Virus record (IMG/VR): IMGVR_UViG_3300040810_000833
Coordinates: 64,001-96,055 of that record
Source of the DNA: a virus
Lineage: Duplodnaviria; Heunggongvirae; Uroviricota; Caudoviricetes
Length of the DNA: 32,055 bases
Strand: one strand, 5' to 3'
Shown here: piece by piece, positions 9,334 to 18,841 of the stretch
Layout: every line of letters starts with the position of its first letter
Position numbering within the stretch: position 1 is the first letter of the stretch
Made by a program: the position numbers and the translations under genes
Notes under the pieces: model-generated
Database searches by the model: none
What the model was told of the DNA's origin: nothing
Seen by the model: the letters and a program-made list of their open reading frames with translations, nothing else

Positions 9334-9930
9334 TTACGTTGGTTCTGAGGTTATTATGTTTCCGCCTTTTGTGTTTTTTAGAACCTGTATGTATTGATCA
9401 AATTCATCCTCCGAATCAAAGTCTTCAAGGGTTACACGCTCGGTTCTCCCATCGGGATGAATAAACGCAGCCCATTTTCCGGAGATTAATATTTCTTCTG
9501 ACTCTTCGTAGTTTATTACGTCTTGGTCTTCAAATTCAGACAGATTCAACATCTCGTTGAGCATACGCCTTACCCCACTAAACGAGAAGAAAGTTCGCTC
9601 TATTCCGATAATGAAAGAATACCTTGAAAGACATTTTGCTGCACTTACCCCCTCGCACGCTGATATCTCGGAGAGAATTTGATCTGTGATTTGGAAATTG
9701 CAGTTTGCAACCCATAACTCAAATCTAGAATACGGAGAAAACTCATAGCTTGGTTCATAATATCCAAAAGGAGTTCTTATTTTAAAGTTAACAAATAACT
9801 CATTACTAAAACTTCCAGAATCCTCATCATGCTCAATATATGAGTCTTGAGTTCTATCTGATGAATCCATCTCGACGTCATCATCTGGATCATTTGGATT
9901 GAAAGATTCCCAAGCTATAAGGCGTGACAT
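9334..9930 (-). CDS. Acidic hypothetical protein
   Basis: 198-aa ORF with GGAGG RBS. Confidence 0.7.
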   Translation of the reverse strand: MSRLIAWESFNPNDPDDDVEMDSSDRTQDSYIEHDEDSGSFSNELFVNFKIRTPFGYYEPSYEFSPYSRFELWVANCNFQITDQILSEISACEGVSAAKCLSRYSFIIGIERTFFSFSGVRRMLNEMLNLSEFEDQDVINYEESEEILISGKWAAFIHPDGRTERVTLEDFDSEDEFDQYIQVLKNTKGGNIITSEPT

Positions 9931-9948
9931 ATTTTTACCTCCCTTATT

Positions 9949-10206
9949 CTATTTTCCATATTCATGCGGCGGAATCACTGGTTCCGATACACTACTATAG
10001 TACTCCACAAGCCTAGCTATCGAATCAGTATACTCGGGGTCCTTCCCTTCTTTAAGCATTGATTGCTGAATTGTAAACAGTAGCTTAAACTTTGGAGTCA
10101 AACATATTGTGGCTGCAATAGATGAGAGCGTGTCTAGATCTTCCCCGACCGTAGACACCTTTATATGTCCATCCTCAATTGAAAATGTCATAGATGTCAT
10201 AAGCAC
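9949..10206 (-). CDS. Hypothetical protein
   Basis: 85-aa ORF tightly packed in operon. Confidence 0.6.
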   Translation of the reverse strand: MLMTSMTFSIEDGHIKVSTVGEDLDTLSSIAATICLTPKFKLLFTIQQSMLKEGKDPEYTDSIARLVEYYSSVSEPVIPPHEYGK

Positions 10207-10209
10207 CCC

Positions 10210-11337
10210 TTACAGGTTATTTAGAACCTTCGAAAGTTTTCTTGCTGATTTTTCCCAAGTGTACTCCAACGAAGACAATATCCCTTCGTTGTTTAACATA
10301 AGAGAGCCCTCTTTATGTTTCTTGTGTACAGACCTCATATATTCTACAAACTGATCAATTTCAGAGTCTCCAATTTTACGCCAATCAAAATCTCCATTAA
10401 ACCATTTTCCGTCATACGCTGGCTCGTATCCACTCTGCATATCCACCAAAAGACAATTTGATCGATTACAGAATTCTGTGTGTGCTGTTGCGTCTGTTAT
10501 TATGACATGCCTTCCGCATGCCAGCATTTCTAATGCTTCAAGGTTCCAACCCTCTGCACGGGACGGAAATACGCCGCAGTGTGATGAGTTCATGACTTGT
10601 GCGACTTGAGACTGGGTTTCAAGCCTCGGTATGAAAAATATCTTGTCTTTTAGTTTCGACCGCTTGTACCTATTTACGAATTCATTTATTTCTTCGTTCG
10701 TCATAAAAGCATTTGCTGGCATCATAACTAATGCGACGTCATCATCTTCATTGAACGCTTTATTAAATATATCACTAAGAACGTCATGACCTTTTCTTAT
10801 CTCAAACTTACCAAAATTTGCAAAAACCGTAGTCGATGCATTAAACCCCAAATCACTAATTCCATCTACTTTAAATGGCTGTGGTTTGAACTTTCTTTGG
10901 TCATATCCAAGCGGAACAACTGATGCGGCACGGCTTGACGTACTTTCAATCACTCCCTTGGCCCACTGAGAGCAAACAATAAGATGATCTGGATTTCCCA
11001 AAGAATGAAGCTCTACTTCATTGAATGACTCAAGCTCAAATATCGGGAAGCCAACTCTAGGTCCTTTCCCGTAGAATGCACCAAGGTCGTTTTGGTGCCA
11101 TATTTTAAGACATGGTGCATCATAGAAGTAGTCGTTCCGAGAGATGGCCGGAAGTATACTTTCGACCATCTCCGGATCTGGATCATTCCTTCCGATCGGA
11201 GCATGCCTTATGTCATGTCCAACCAAAAGTAGATTGCTCATGAAATACGAAGAGACATACCCATACGAAGTCCTATTTATTGGACAGTTCATATTAAGCC
11301 TTGCAGGTATTGAAGTCAATACACTTTGATCGCTCAT
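10210..11337 (-). CDS. GT4 (GT-B fold) glycosyltransferase
   Basis: FGKFEIRKGHD and FPSRAEGWNLEALEMLACG (EX7E) motifs. Confidence 0.9.
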   Translation of the reverse strand: MSDQSVLTSIPARLNMNCPINRTSYGYVSSYFMSNLLLVGHDIRHAPIGRNDPDPEMVESILPAISRNDYFYDAPCLKIWHQNDLGAFYGKGPRVGFPIFELESFNEVELHSLGNPDHLIVCSQWAKGVIESTSSRAASVVPLGYDQRKFKPQPFKVDGISDLGFNASTTVFANFGKFEIRKGHDVLSDIFNKAFNEDDDVALVMMPANAFMTNEEINEFVNRYKRSKLKDKIFFIPRLETQSQVAQVMNSSHCGVFPSRAEGWNLEALEMLACGRHVIITDATAHTEFCNRSNCLLVDMQSGYEPAYDGKWFNGDFDWRKIGDSEIDQFVEYMRSVHKKHKEGSLMLNNEGILSSLEYTWEKSARKLSKVLNNL

Positions 11338-11344
11338 GGCTCAT

Positions 11345-11518
11345 TTACCTCTCGTTGATTATTGGTGAAACCCTTTCTTGGGAGGCCGATATCGCGTTGG
11401 ATATTTGCTCTTCAGCACTTCTCTCTTCTCTGAGAGCCCTTCTTTTTTTGAGTACTTTTTTTCTTGAGTTTCTCTCTCTCGCTTTTCGTTTCGCGAATTG
11501 CCGTTTAGATTTACTCAT
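11345..11518 (-). CDS. Small highly basic protein (57 aa)
   Basis: Not in ORF track; MSKSKRQFAKRKARERNSRKKVLKKRRALREERSAEEQISNAISASQERVSPIINER; TGATG stop/start overlap with ssb. Confidence 0.65.
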   Translation of the reverse strand: MSKSKRQFAKRKARERNSRKKVLKKRRALREERSAEEQISNAISASQERVSPIINER

Positions 11519-11853
11519 CAAAAATCAGACCCGCCCTGTTGTTCAATCCTGACCGGCTTATAAATCTTCTGAATATCGTTTACATAAATAACCGTTTCAG
11601 AACCCGCCGTTTGATCTTCTCTTGTAAATTCCTCGGTTACAAGACGTCCGTTGACATAAACCTTGTCACCCTTAACGATTGAGAAATAGTTGATCTCGCC
11701 AGCCTGTCTTCCAAACAACTTGCATGTGATGTACAGCGTCTGTTTTGATTCTTCGCGTCCAGAGTTGACGGCAACTCTTAGTCGCCCAACGCCTCCGTCG
11801 CCGTAAATTTTTGGATCGCTCGTTACATTCCCGATTAAAGTTACCTGATTCAT
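11518..11853 (-). CDS. ssb: Single-stranded DNA-binding protein
   Basis: MNQVTLIGNVTSDP, LRVAVN, KGDKVYVNGRL OB-fold motifs; acidic-aromatic C-terminus SDF. Confidence 0.9.
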   Translation of the reverse strand: MNQVTLIGNVTSDPKIYGDGGVGRLRVAVNSGREESKQTLYITCKLFGRQAGEINYFSIVKGDKVYVNGRLVTEEFTREDQTAGSETVIYVNDIQKIYKPVRIEQQGGSDF

Positions 11854-11873
11854 TTTCTTCCTTTCTTCTTTGT

Positions 11874-11903
11874 AAAAAAAATCGAGGCCGTTAAGCCCCG
11901 ATT
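11874..11903 (-). terminator. Rho-independent terminator
   Basis: Minus strand AATCGGGGC-TTAACG-GCCTCGATT followed by a T-run. Confidence 0.75.
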
Positions 11904-11926
11904 CATATTCTCACGACTTCAATCTA

Positions 11927-12229
11927 TCAGGAAAGAACCTTTCGGATTTTTCCGTTCACAACCTGTGAATGACCTCGATTGTCTCGGGAGTAAATTGCGT
12001 CAGCGAGCGTTGAACCCATTTTGATTGCTTTTGCTGCACGCCGTGTGTCACGCTTAGTATTTCTAAACGTTTGCCCAGTAATGCTCTGTGCAACCGCAGT
12101 TACTGGGTTAAAAACCACTCCCTTTAGGGCACGCTTGTTGCTTGTGGCTGTGTGCCCTCCACGGTCATTGCTCCATGAGTAACTTACACGAGCGTCTCGA
12201 AGTGCGTCCAAAAACTGAGCCTGGTTCAT
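11927..12229 (-). CDS. Basic hypothetical protein
   Basis: 100-aa ORF with GGAAAAGAG leader; TATAAT upstream at 12274-12279. Confidence 0.65.
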   Translation of the reverse strand: MNQAQFLDALRDARVSYSWSNDRGGHTATSNKRALKGVVFNPVTAVAQSITGQTFRNTKRDTRRAAKAIKMGSTLADAIYSRDNRGHSQVVNGKIRKVLS

Positions 12230-12662
12230 CTCTTTTCCTTTCTTTAGAGTTTTGTTAAGTGATTCACTGAGTTATTATACCGAGAACACCTCGGGTCGCG
12301 TTCGGTTTTTCTGAAAAACAAAAAAAAATCATCTGATTTCTTGTGTTTTTGGATATACTGTATTGTCGGTTGTTGGTAGTCCGGCATACAGCCACTGTTG
12401 GCAAGTCAAAACCATCAAGCTGTTGGGCGTAGGCGTAATAATGTCAGCTAAAGAACCTCCAACGGCATGAATACCTCGATGGTTCCGTGCAGACGGGTAA
12501 TGATTCATGTCACCTCAGCAGTTTTTTCTTTATTTTCTGAGCTTTAATTATATTCTAAATCGCAGGATAAACACTATCTAATATAACTTCATCCTTTACC
12601 GATGAATAAAGATTAACACAAAGTTAAATATAAAATGAACTGTAAAAGAGAAAGGTTTAGTA

Positions 12663-13409
12663 ATGGATAAACAGGTAGAGATAATCACTTCAGTGTATGC
12701 AGGGAGAAGATTCATAAGAAAGTTCCTAGAGAACATAACGGCACAGACAGTGTTTGATAGGTGTGAACTGTTCTTGCTTGGGGCAAATAGTCCAGACGAA
12801 GAGTATGAAAGTGATGTGATACGTGAATTTCAACAAAATCACAAAAATATCAGGTATGAGACATTGACACACGACCCAGGATTGTATAATTGCTGGAACC
12901 TTATGATTCAGGGGTCAGATTCAAACTTCATTACAAATGCAAACTTGGATGATCGACTTCATCGAGAATCAATAGAGCGTCATCTTTCCCTTTTACAGAA
13001 TGAAGATGACATTGATGTTGCATATTGTGTAAATTACGTATCGGAAAGTCATATTGATGATGCGGAAGATTGTCCTGTCGGTCTTGGTTTATTTCCAACT
13101 GCTGAATTTAGCTTGCATGAGTTGAGTCATTCGAATCTTCCTCACAATCATCCTGTGTGGAGGAGAAGTCTTCACGAAAAATTTGGTTATTTCTCTTCTG
13201 AGTTTGTTTCTGGTAGCGATTGGGAGTTTTGGTTAAGGTGTGCATATGGTGGTGCAAAAATGAAGTTGATTAACGATATTCTTGGTTTTTATTATAAAAA
13301 CCCAAAGGGTATATCTACCGATCCTGAAAATATGAGTAGAAACATTGCTGAGGTCAGAGAGATACACGAAAGATATCGTAGAATCGCAAAAGATATGGGT
13401 TGGGGCTAG
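12663..13409 (+). CDS. GT2 family glycosyltransferase
   Basis: IITSVY, GLYNCWN, NANLDD (DXD), PHNHPVWRRSLH, GSDWEFWLR motifs. Confidence 0.85.
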   Translation: MDKQVEIITSVYAGRRFIRKFLENITAQTVFDRCELFLLGANSPDEEYESDVIREFQQNHKNIRYETLTHDPGLYNCWNLMIQGSDSNFITNANLDDRLHRESIERHLSLLQNEDDIDVAYCVNYVSESHIDDAEDCPVGLGLFPTAEFSLHELSHSNLPHNHPVWRRSLHEKFGYFSSEFVSGSDWEFWLRCAYGGAKMKLINDILGFYYKNPKGISTDPENMSRNIAEVREIHERYRRIAKDMGWG

Positions 13410-13508
13410 AAAATTAAATTATCTTATCGGGTCGCAAACAATGCCTAGAATCATATCTGGTATCAGGTCTTGGATCAGATCTGGGAGGAAACCAATGAAA
13501 ACAGCTAA
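13410..13508 (+). pseudogene. Decayed QV-repeat gene remnant
   Basis: Frame after the GT2 stop reads KIKLSYRVANNA*NHIWYQVLDQIWEETNENS*; degenerate CAGGTC/CAGATC units; no start codon. Confidence 0.55.
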
Positions 13509-13668
13509 TCAAACCAAGGTTCGGGTCATGAGTCAGGTCAGGAATCAGGCCTGCCTTCAGGTTCGGAATCAGGCCTGTTCTCAGGTCTGGCTTCAGGTCG
13601 GGAGTCAGGTCTGGCTTCAGGTCAGGAATCAGGTCGAGGAGGAAATTAAGGAAATGACAAATGACTGA
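13495..13668 (+). CDS. QVxx tetrapeptide-repeat protein, copy A (57 aa)
   Basis: Starts ATGAAAACAGCTAAT (MKTAN) after GGAGG RBS; 11 units of a 12-nt CAGGTC-NNG-NNT repeat. Confidence 0.75.
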   Translation: MKTANQTKVRVMSQVRNQACLQVRNQACSQVWLQVGSQVWLQVRNQVEEEIKEMTND

Positions 13669-13855
13669 TCTAAAGATCATAGACGAACTTATAATTCTTA
13701 TGAAGAAACCGGACCAGTCTTGGCAAGAATTTGAAAATAGTTACAACACAACTCAAAAAGCTATGATGCGTTTAAGAACCGCTTATCTAAGCGGTGAAAT
13801 GGACCAGATTACTGCTAGTTTAGCAATTTACTTTGAAGGAAAGGAAAAGATATGA
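13661..13855 (+). CDS. Hypothetical protein
   Basis: 64 aa; AAGGA RBS, overlap with upstream stop. Confidence 0.6.
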   Translation: MTDLKIIDELIILMKKPDQSWQEFENSYNTTQKAMMRLRTAYLSGEMDQITASLAIYFEGKEKI

Positions 13856-14100
13856 AATTTCGTCGCGTTAGAGTAAATCCTCAAACCGGACAATTTTACC
13901 CGCACCCTCAAGGATTTGCTGGTATTGGCATCCATGCTTTAGAATCAGACAGGTGGATGACGATAGAGGAAATCATGGATGCTCATAAGAAATATTGTGA
14001 AGATCAAGATATAGGAGATGTTCCGCCGACATGGGGTGAGCTAATTAGAGATTTAGGACTATTTATTTGTTTTCATATGGTGGAGGTTTTCGATGATTGA
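13852..14100 (+). CDS. Hypothetical protein
   Basis: 82 aa; ATGA overlap, GGAAAGG RBS. Confidence 0.65.
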   Translation: MKFRRVRVNPQTGQFYPHPQGFAGIGIHALESDRWMTIEEIMDAHKKYCEDQDIGDVPPTWGELIRDLGLFICFHMVEVFDD

Positions 14101-14197
14101 ACAAAAAAGGATCTGATGATTCGATTCGAAGACATGCTAACTGAGCGACAAAAGGCAATGTGGGCACAGACACTTGAGGACGAAGAAATCATAGGAT

Positions 14198-14449
14198 TTG
14201 ATGAATGAAATGGAAAGTCATTATGAAACCGGCATCGCCGGAAGGAATTTACAAATGAGTTTACAAGATCAATCAGAAAATTTAGAACAAATTAAATTAA
14301 TATGTACCAAACACAAAGAAGAACTAAAACAAAAGGCTCTTAGCATGGTTTGGAGACAAGATCAAGAGCAAGGGGAAGGGTGGTCTGACGATTCTTATTC
14401 TATAGCCGATATTATGGTAAAATTTTATTTAGAATTGGTAAATGAATAA
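14198..14449 (+). CDS. Hypothetical protein (start uncertain)
   Basis: 83-aa ORF in co-directional cluster. Confidence 0.55.
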   Translation: MMNEMESHYETGIAGRNLQMSLQDQSENLEQIKLICTKHKEELKQKALSMVWRQDQEQGEGWSDDSYSIADIMVKFYLELVNE

Positions 14450-14452
14450 CAA

Positions 14453-14677
14453 ATGAAAACTCTTAATCTAATTATCAACAGTTGTAGCGAATGCCCTTTT
14501 TCTTATAAAGAAGAATATGATGATGTCGGTGTTGATTTTGGTATGTCTTATTATTGTTCTAAAAAAGCCGATCATGTTGGAGTAGACCATATCAAGAGTA
14601 AGTATAAGCCACATGAACACCGTCCAATGACTAAAGAAGAAAACGAAACAATGATAAGAAAGGATTGTCCCCTATGA
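14453..14677 (+). CDS. Small Cys-containing hypothetical protein
   Basis: CSECP...YYC...DCPL pattern, possible metal binding. Confidence 0.6.
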   Translation: MKTLNLIINSCSECPFSYKEEYDDVGVDFGMSYYCSKKADHVGVDHIKSKYKPHEHRPMTKEENETMIRKDCPL

Positions 14678-14703
14678 AAGAACCGTCTAAAAAAAACAAC
14701 AAA

Positions 14704-15057
14704 ATGAGAGAAATTAAGTTTAGATTTTGGGATGCCCGTAGCGATGAATGGTGTGACTCAGAAAACTGGCTCCCATCAGATGTTCGCTTTGATGTAAATG
14801 AAACCTTTGAACTGGCACTCAAGGACGGGATTGTTGTCCAACAGTATACTGGACTTAAAGACAAGAAAGGTCGAGAGATTTATGAGGGCGATTTAATTAT
14901 ATCAGATCATTGGGCTTCGCAAGAACCATTAGTAGTTAGCTGGGATAAAGACGCCTGTAAATTTTACGCTTCACTTTCAACTGGTGGAGAATACATTGAT
15001 ATGGACGAGGCTAGTAAACTGGTGGTCGGTAATATTTTTGAAGGAGTTGATAAATGA
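14704..15057 (+). CDS. YopX family protein
   Basis: MREIKFRFWD, QYTGLKDKKGREIYEGDLI, VVGNIFE hallmark motifs; start reassigned to ATG 14704. Confidence 0.9.
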   Translation: MREIKFRFWDARSDEWCDSENWLPSDVRFDVNETFELALKDGIVVQQYTGLKDKKGREIYEGDLIISDHWASQEPLVVSWDKDACKFYASLSTGGEYIDMDEASKLVVGNIFEGVDK

Positions 15058-15251
15058 GTGAAGGAAAAGCAGAAACGAATAACGAACTTGAAAGATTCAA
15101 AGTAGAAGTAGCAGAATTATTTATAAATAGCACAAGAAGCAGATGTTCGTGGAAAGGAGCTGCCGGATGCGGTGGGTATAAAAAATGGGAAGCGGAATTG
15201 TTAAGAATGTGTGGTTATGAATACGCTGATGGAGAATGGAGCAAGGTTTAG
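15054..15251 (+). CDS. Hypothetical protein
   Basis: 65 aa; AAGGAG RBS and ATGA overlap. Confidence 0.65.
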   Translation: MSEGKAETNNELERFKVEVAELFINSTRSRCSWKGAAGCGGYKKWEAELLRMCGYEYADGEWSKV

Positions 15252-15252
15252 G

Positions 15253-15516
15253 ATGGATATTAAATATGGTCAAATATATCAGTGTCCAAAAACTCAAGAA
15301 TGCCAAAATTTACAATGCTTCTGGAAACAGCGTGATTGCATGGGGTTAGAACCATTTCCAGTATGGTTTGACGAAAATGGCAACTGTTCTTCGATAGAAT
15401 CAAATGCTAGAATACAAGAAAAATTTGGAGACTCATATTTCCCAAAACATTATGTGAGCACAGGAACTAATTGTATGCATGTTATATGTGAAGACTTTGA
15501 AGGAGTTGACAAATGA
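15253..15516 (+). CDS. Cys-rich hypothetical protein
   Basis: MDIKYGQIYQCP...; ATG 15253 immediately after the upstream stop (track start 15211). Confidence 0.6.
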   Translation: MDIKYGQIYQCPKTQECQNLQCFWKQRDCMGLEPFPVWFDENGNCSSIESNARIQEKFGDSYFPKHYVSTGTNCMHVICEDFEGVDK

Positions 15517-15767
15517 GTCCTGATGAACTAATACCGGATGGGCATCGTCGTCAGCTTCAACTTCAACAAGCGGTTGAACTTGCTATGAATATAATGGAGC
15601 TAGCAGAATTTTCCAGAAAAGAGTCCGCCGCCAAAGAAGCGGCGGATAATAATATTTGCGATCATTGTGACGGAGCAGGAGTCATCCACTCCGCCAAACA
15701 GGCTGAGACTTGTAATGTTTGTGATACACCGTTTCATTCATATGACGGGTGTTTTTACTGTGTTTAA
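15513..15767 (+). CDS. Hypothetical protein with CxxC pairs
   Basis: CDHCDGAG, CNVC, CFYC; AAGGAG RBS. Confidence 0.65.
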   Translation: MSPDELIPDGHRRQLQLQQAVELAMNIMELAEFSRKESAAKEAADNNICDHCDGAGVIHSAKQAETCNVCDTPFHSYDGCFYCV

Positions 15768-15786
15768 AACGAATGGTGTGAGTTAG

Positions 15787-16512
15787 ATGAGTAGTGAAAA
15801 AATAATTGCTTTTTCCCTTTGGGGTGATGACACAAGATATACCCATGGTGCGATCAGAAATACACAATTGGCAAAGCAGGTTTATCCTGAATGGCGGTGT
15901 GTTTTCTATACGGATGGCACCGTCCCCACTCACATATCTGAGACTATTGTCGAGGCTGGTGGGTACGTCAGGAAGGTCATTGATCCATCAGGTGTTTTGA
16001 TGCATGGTATGAATCGAAGCATGCTGCGTTTTCTAGCAGCAGACAGTGACGATATTTGCATATTCAGAGATGCCGATTCCAGGGTCGATTTCAGAGAAAG
16101 GTCGATGGTTGACGATTGGCTTAATTCTGGCCGCGATATGCATATAATTAGAGATCATCAGTTCCATGCTTGGGCTATAATGGCTGGTATGTGGGGAATT
16201 AGAAATGGAGTTTTAAAGGGTCAGATACTTCCCTTATTCAACTCTGTAGTAAATAGTCAAATCAATGGTCAGTACGGTATTGACCAGTGTTTTCTAAGAG
16301 ATTCTGTCTTTTCTAGACATTCCATATCTCGGTATGTAAATGACGAGTTTTTCGACTGTCCAGACACGCACTGTGCAATCGAAAGAAACCCATTGTACTT
16401 TGTTGGGCAAGCCTATGACGGATTTGATAAAATTTTAGACAAAGACATCTATCATCAAGATGTATACAGGAGTGATTATGAGGGTTTACGCAAACGTAAT
16501 GGTAAAAAATGA
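15787..16512 (+). CDS. Glycosyltransferase-like protein
   Basis: IIAFSLWG, RFLA, FRDADSR (DXD), HIIRDH, IMAGMWG, DQ.FL motifs of a viral GT-A-like family. Confidence 0.7.
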   Translation: MSSEKIIAFSLWGDDTRYTHGAIRNTQLAKQVYPEWRCVFYTDGTVPTHISETIVEAGGYVRKVIDPSGVLMHGMNRSMLRFLAADSDDICIFRDADSRVDFRERSMVDDWLNSGRDMHIIRDHQFHAWAIMAGMWGIRNGVLKGQILPLFNSVVNSQINGQYGIDQCFLRDSVFSRHSISRYVNDEFFDCPDTHCAIERNPLYFVGQAYDGFDKILDKDIYHQDVYRSDYEGLRKRNGKK

Positions 16513-17296
16513 GGCGTTGCTTGTTGATTGTCTTCATAAGTATTGGTCAAATTATCCAGTAGATCACTGGGTGTTTTTTGACGACAAGTCTACTGACGGC
16601 ACCGATGCTGTTATCGAGCATAAATTTGGCTCAAGTGCTACGATTCTAAGATCTTCAGACGCATTTAATGAATCCGCAAATAGAAGTGCGATGTTTGAGT
16701 TTTCTCGTGAGAGCGGTGCGGACGTTGTGCTGTCAATCGATGCAGATGAATTGCTTTCTGCGAACATTCTTTCTGACTGGGATTCCGCAGTAAATCCAGA
16801 TGCTAACTACTATTGGTATTCTTTCAATTGTGTAGAATCAATTTCTAGGAGAAGATCGGATGGATCTTACGGTGGATACAACTGTTGCAAAAATTACTTT
16901 ATACCAGTAAAGTATGCACAGCCATACGACCTGTCACTATCTAGATATCACTCCCCGAGGATGCCTCAGGTTTCACTACCGGCCGTTGCCTGTTTAAATG
17001 CAGGGATGATTCATCTACAGTCGATCAACCGAAGATTCTATGCATTAAAACAGCTTTGGTATAAACATTTTGAGTATGTTAATTATTCTTTAACCGTCGA
17101 TCAGATCAATTCGAGATATGACAAAGAGGTAAACAATCTCAATTTTTCTCCATGCGACATTGACCCCGCGATCTATAATGGTATTGAGTTTGACCCAGAT
17201 CTTTATGATGATATTGAGTGGGTTAAGAGGTACAGGGATTATGTCCTTGAGAATAGAGTTGATGGGCTTGTTACTTTTGGGAGCGAGTACTTATGA
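16478..17296 (+). CDS. GT2-like glycosyltransferase
   Basis: VMVKNEA, DDKSTDGT, SIDADE; ATG 16478 follows an AGGAG RBS. Confidence 0.8.
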   Translation: MRVYANVMVKNEALLVDCLHKYWSNYPVDHWVFFDDKSTDGTDAVIEHKFGSSATILRSSDAFNESANRSAMFEFSRESGADVVLSIDADELLSANILSDWDSAVNPDANYYWYSFNCVESISRRRSDGSYGGYNCCKNYFIPVKYAQPYDLSLSRYHSPRMPQVSLPAVACLNAGMIHLQSINRRFYALKQLWYKHFEYVNYSLTVDQINSRYDKEVNNLNFSPCDIDPAIYNGIEFDPDLYDDIEWVKRYRDYVLENRVDGLVTFGSEYL

Positions 17297-18069
17297 AGAT
17301 TGATTATGCAATTACATGCGTTGACAATAACCCCAACTACCTAGAGCATCTACCAATAGTTAAAGCCGCATGGGAAAGGCTTGGTATTAAGTTGCTGGTT
17401 GGCTATATCGGGGAAGGGCTTGTCGAAAGTGATTCATTCGCTTTTGTGAGAATAAACTCAATAGATTCTGGAATTCAGGCCAAGATAACAAGGATGTGGT
17501 TTGCTTCGGTATTTCCAGGCAACAATATCATTGTCGACGCAGATATGATTCCACTTCATCGTGGCGTGATCGATTGTTATGAAAGGGCACCAAATGATCA
17601 TCTTGTAAAATTTGGCTGTGAGCATCCAGCTTTTTCTAGGCATCCAGATGTTGGTAAATGGCCAATGCATCAGACTGCGGCAAATAATTCAACATTTCTG
17701 GAAATAGTCAATCCATCAAGAATGAGTTATTCTAAGTGGATAGAATGGCTCACGAATGAATCATTTCCAGATGGTCGTGCTAACATTAGAAATGGATTTT
17801 CCGGTTTCTCAGACGAATCTTTGCTGAAGTGTCTCTATGAGAGATGGCATGGGGGGGAGGGCAAAACGACAAAGATATCAAGAAAAGAAGTTTCTGACGG
17901 AATGAATTCGCATGAAGTGTACGGAAGGATTTGTCGCTTATTCAATCCGAGCACAGAAGGTATTGATGTTAGCAAGTATTTTGAAGTTCATGGACCAAGG
18001 CCATTTTCAGAGCATTCGCACTGGTATCAACCAGTAATTGATTACATCAACGGGGGTAGAAATGTCTAG
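17293..18069 (+). CDS. Hypothetical, glycosyltransferase-like
   Basis: IIVDADMIP DXD motif; ATGA overlap within the glyco cluster. Confidence 0.55.
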   Translation: MKIDYAITCVDNNPNYLEHLPIVKAAWERLGIKLLVGYIGEGLVESDSFAFVRINSIDSGIQAKITRMWFASVFPGNNIIVDADMIPLHRGVIDCYERAPNDHLVKFGCEHPAFSRHPDVGKWPMHQTAANNSTFLEIVNPSRMSYSKWIEWLTNESFPDGRANIRNGFSGFSDESLLKCLYERWHGGEGKTTKISRKEVSDGMNSHEVYGRICRLFNPSTEGIDVSKYFEVHGPRPFSEHSHWYQPVIDYINGGRNV

Positions 18070-18550
18070 ATTTGGCGGATCAAATGCATCAGATGAATTA
18101 ATCTCATTCATCAGGTCGAAAGTTTCACTTGGTGGTTTTATACTTGAGTTTGGTTCTGGTGATGGTAGCACAAGGGAATTATGCGATGACTACAATCTTT
18201 TCTCAATAGAACATAGCCATGAGTATCTTTGGAGGTACAATACGAACTATATTCATGCAAGTTTTGTGAATGGATGGTATAATCCGGTAGACATCAGAAG
18301 GTATATGAGCTATAATAGCGTGAACTTCCCTTTTGATCTCTTTCTTGTTGATGGGCCTATTGGTGGAGAAAATAGATTAAATATGCTAAAAGAAGAGCAT
18401 ATTGGATTGTTTGATTTTTCTGGTGCTTGGGTTGTTTGTGACGACACTCATCGGGAAAATGATTTGGATCTTTTTAATGGTTTGGCATCAAGATTTGATC
18501 ATACCGATTATGTTTTGTTTGATCATTTTGGTGCTTTCAAAGTTAGATAA
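18062..18550 (+). CDS. Class I SAM-dependent methyltransferase-like protein
   Basis: ILEFGSGDGST motif I, DLFLVDGP, VVCDDTHRE. Confidence 0.75.
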   Translation: MSRFGGSNASDELISFIRSKVSLGGFILEFGSGDGSTRELCDDYNLFSIEHSHEYLWRYNTNYIHASFVNGWYNPVDIRRYMSYNSVNFPFDLFLVDGPIGGENRLNMLKEEHIGLFDFSGAWVVCDDTHRENDLDLFNGLASRFDHTDYVLFDHFGAFKVR

Positions 18551-18562
18551 GGAGTTTTTATT

Positions 18563-18841
18563 ATGACTGACTCGACAAATCCTAATGGTTGTAAGGTAGT
18601 TACTCTTGATTTGCCTGGAGTCTCTCAAGAGAGAGTGACTTTGCAAATTGAATCCGAAAACAGTTTCTATGGTGGTAGAACTTTGTATGTACTTATTGAT
18701 AATGTCCGTCAATATCATGGCACGCTTGCAGAAAGGTACAACCTACAATCAGCGTCTGTAGAGAATGGTCAGCTCAAGTTGTATTTAATGACAAATGAGC
18801 CAGACACAATTTTATTACCATACAATGCTGGGGGTGGATGA
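18563..18841 (+). CDS. Hypothetical, possible Hsp20/alpha-crystallin-like fold
   Basis: DLPGV and ASVENGQLKL resemble sHSP motifs, but the domain is short; AAGGAG RBS. Confidence 0.45.
   Translation: MTDSTNPNGCKVVTLDLPGVSQERVTLQIESENSFYGGRTLYVLIDNVRQYHGTLAERYNLQSASVENGQLKLYLMTNEPDTILLPYNAGGG

Larger units (their letters stand above)
15037..15518 (+). repeat. 23-nt direct repeat at two gene junctions (15037-15059, 15496-15518)
   Basis: TTTGAAGGAGTTGA(T/C)AAATGAGT, one mismatch. Confidence 0.85.

Noticed and set aside
385-11552. Plus-strand short ORFs opposite the minus-strand operons (e.g. 2230-2448, 2824-3066, 6369-6647, 11301-11552)
   Set aside because: Fully overlapped by well-supported minus-strand genes; no RBS or motif support
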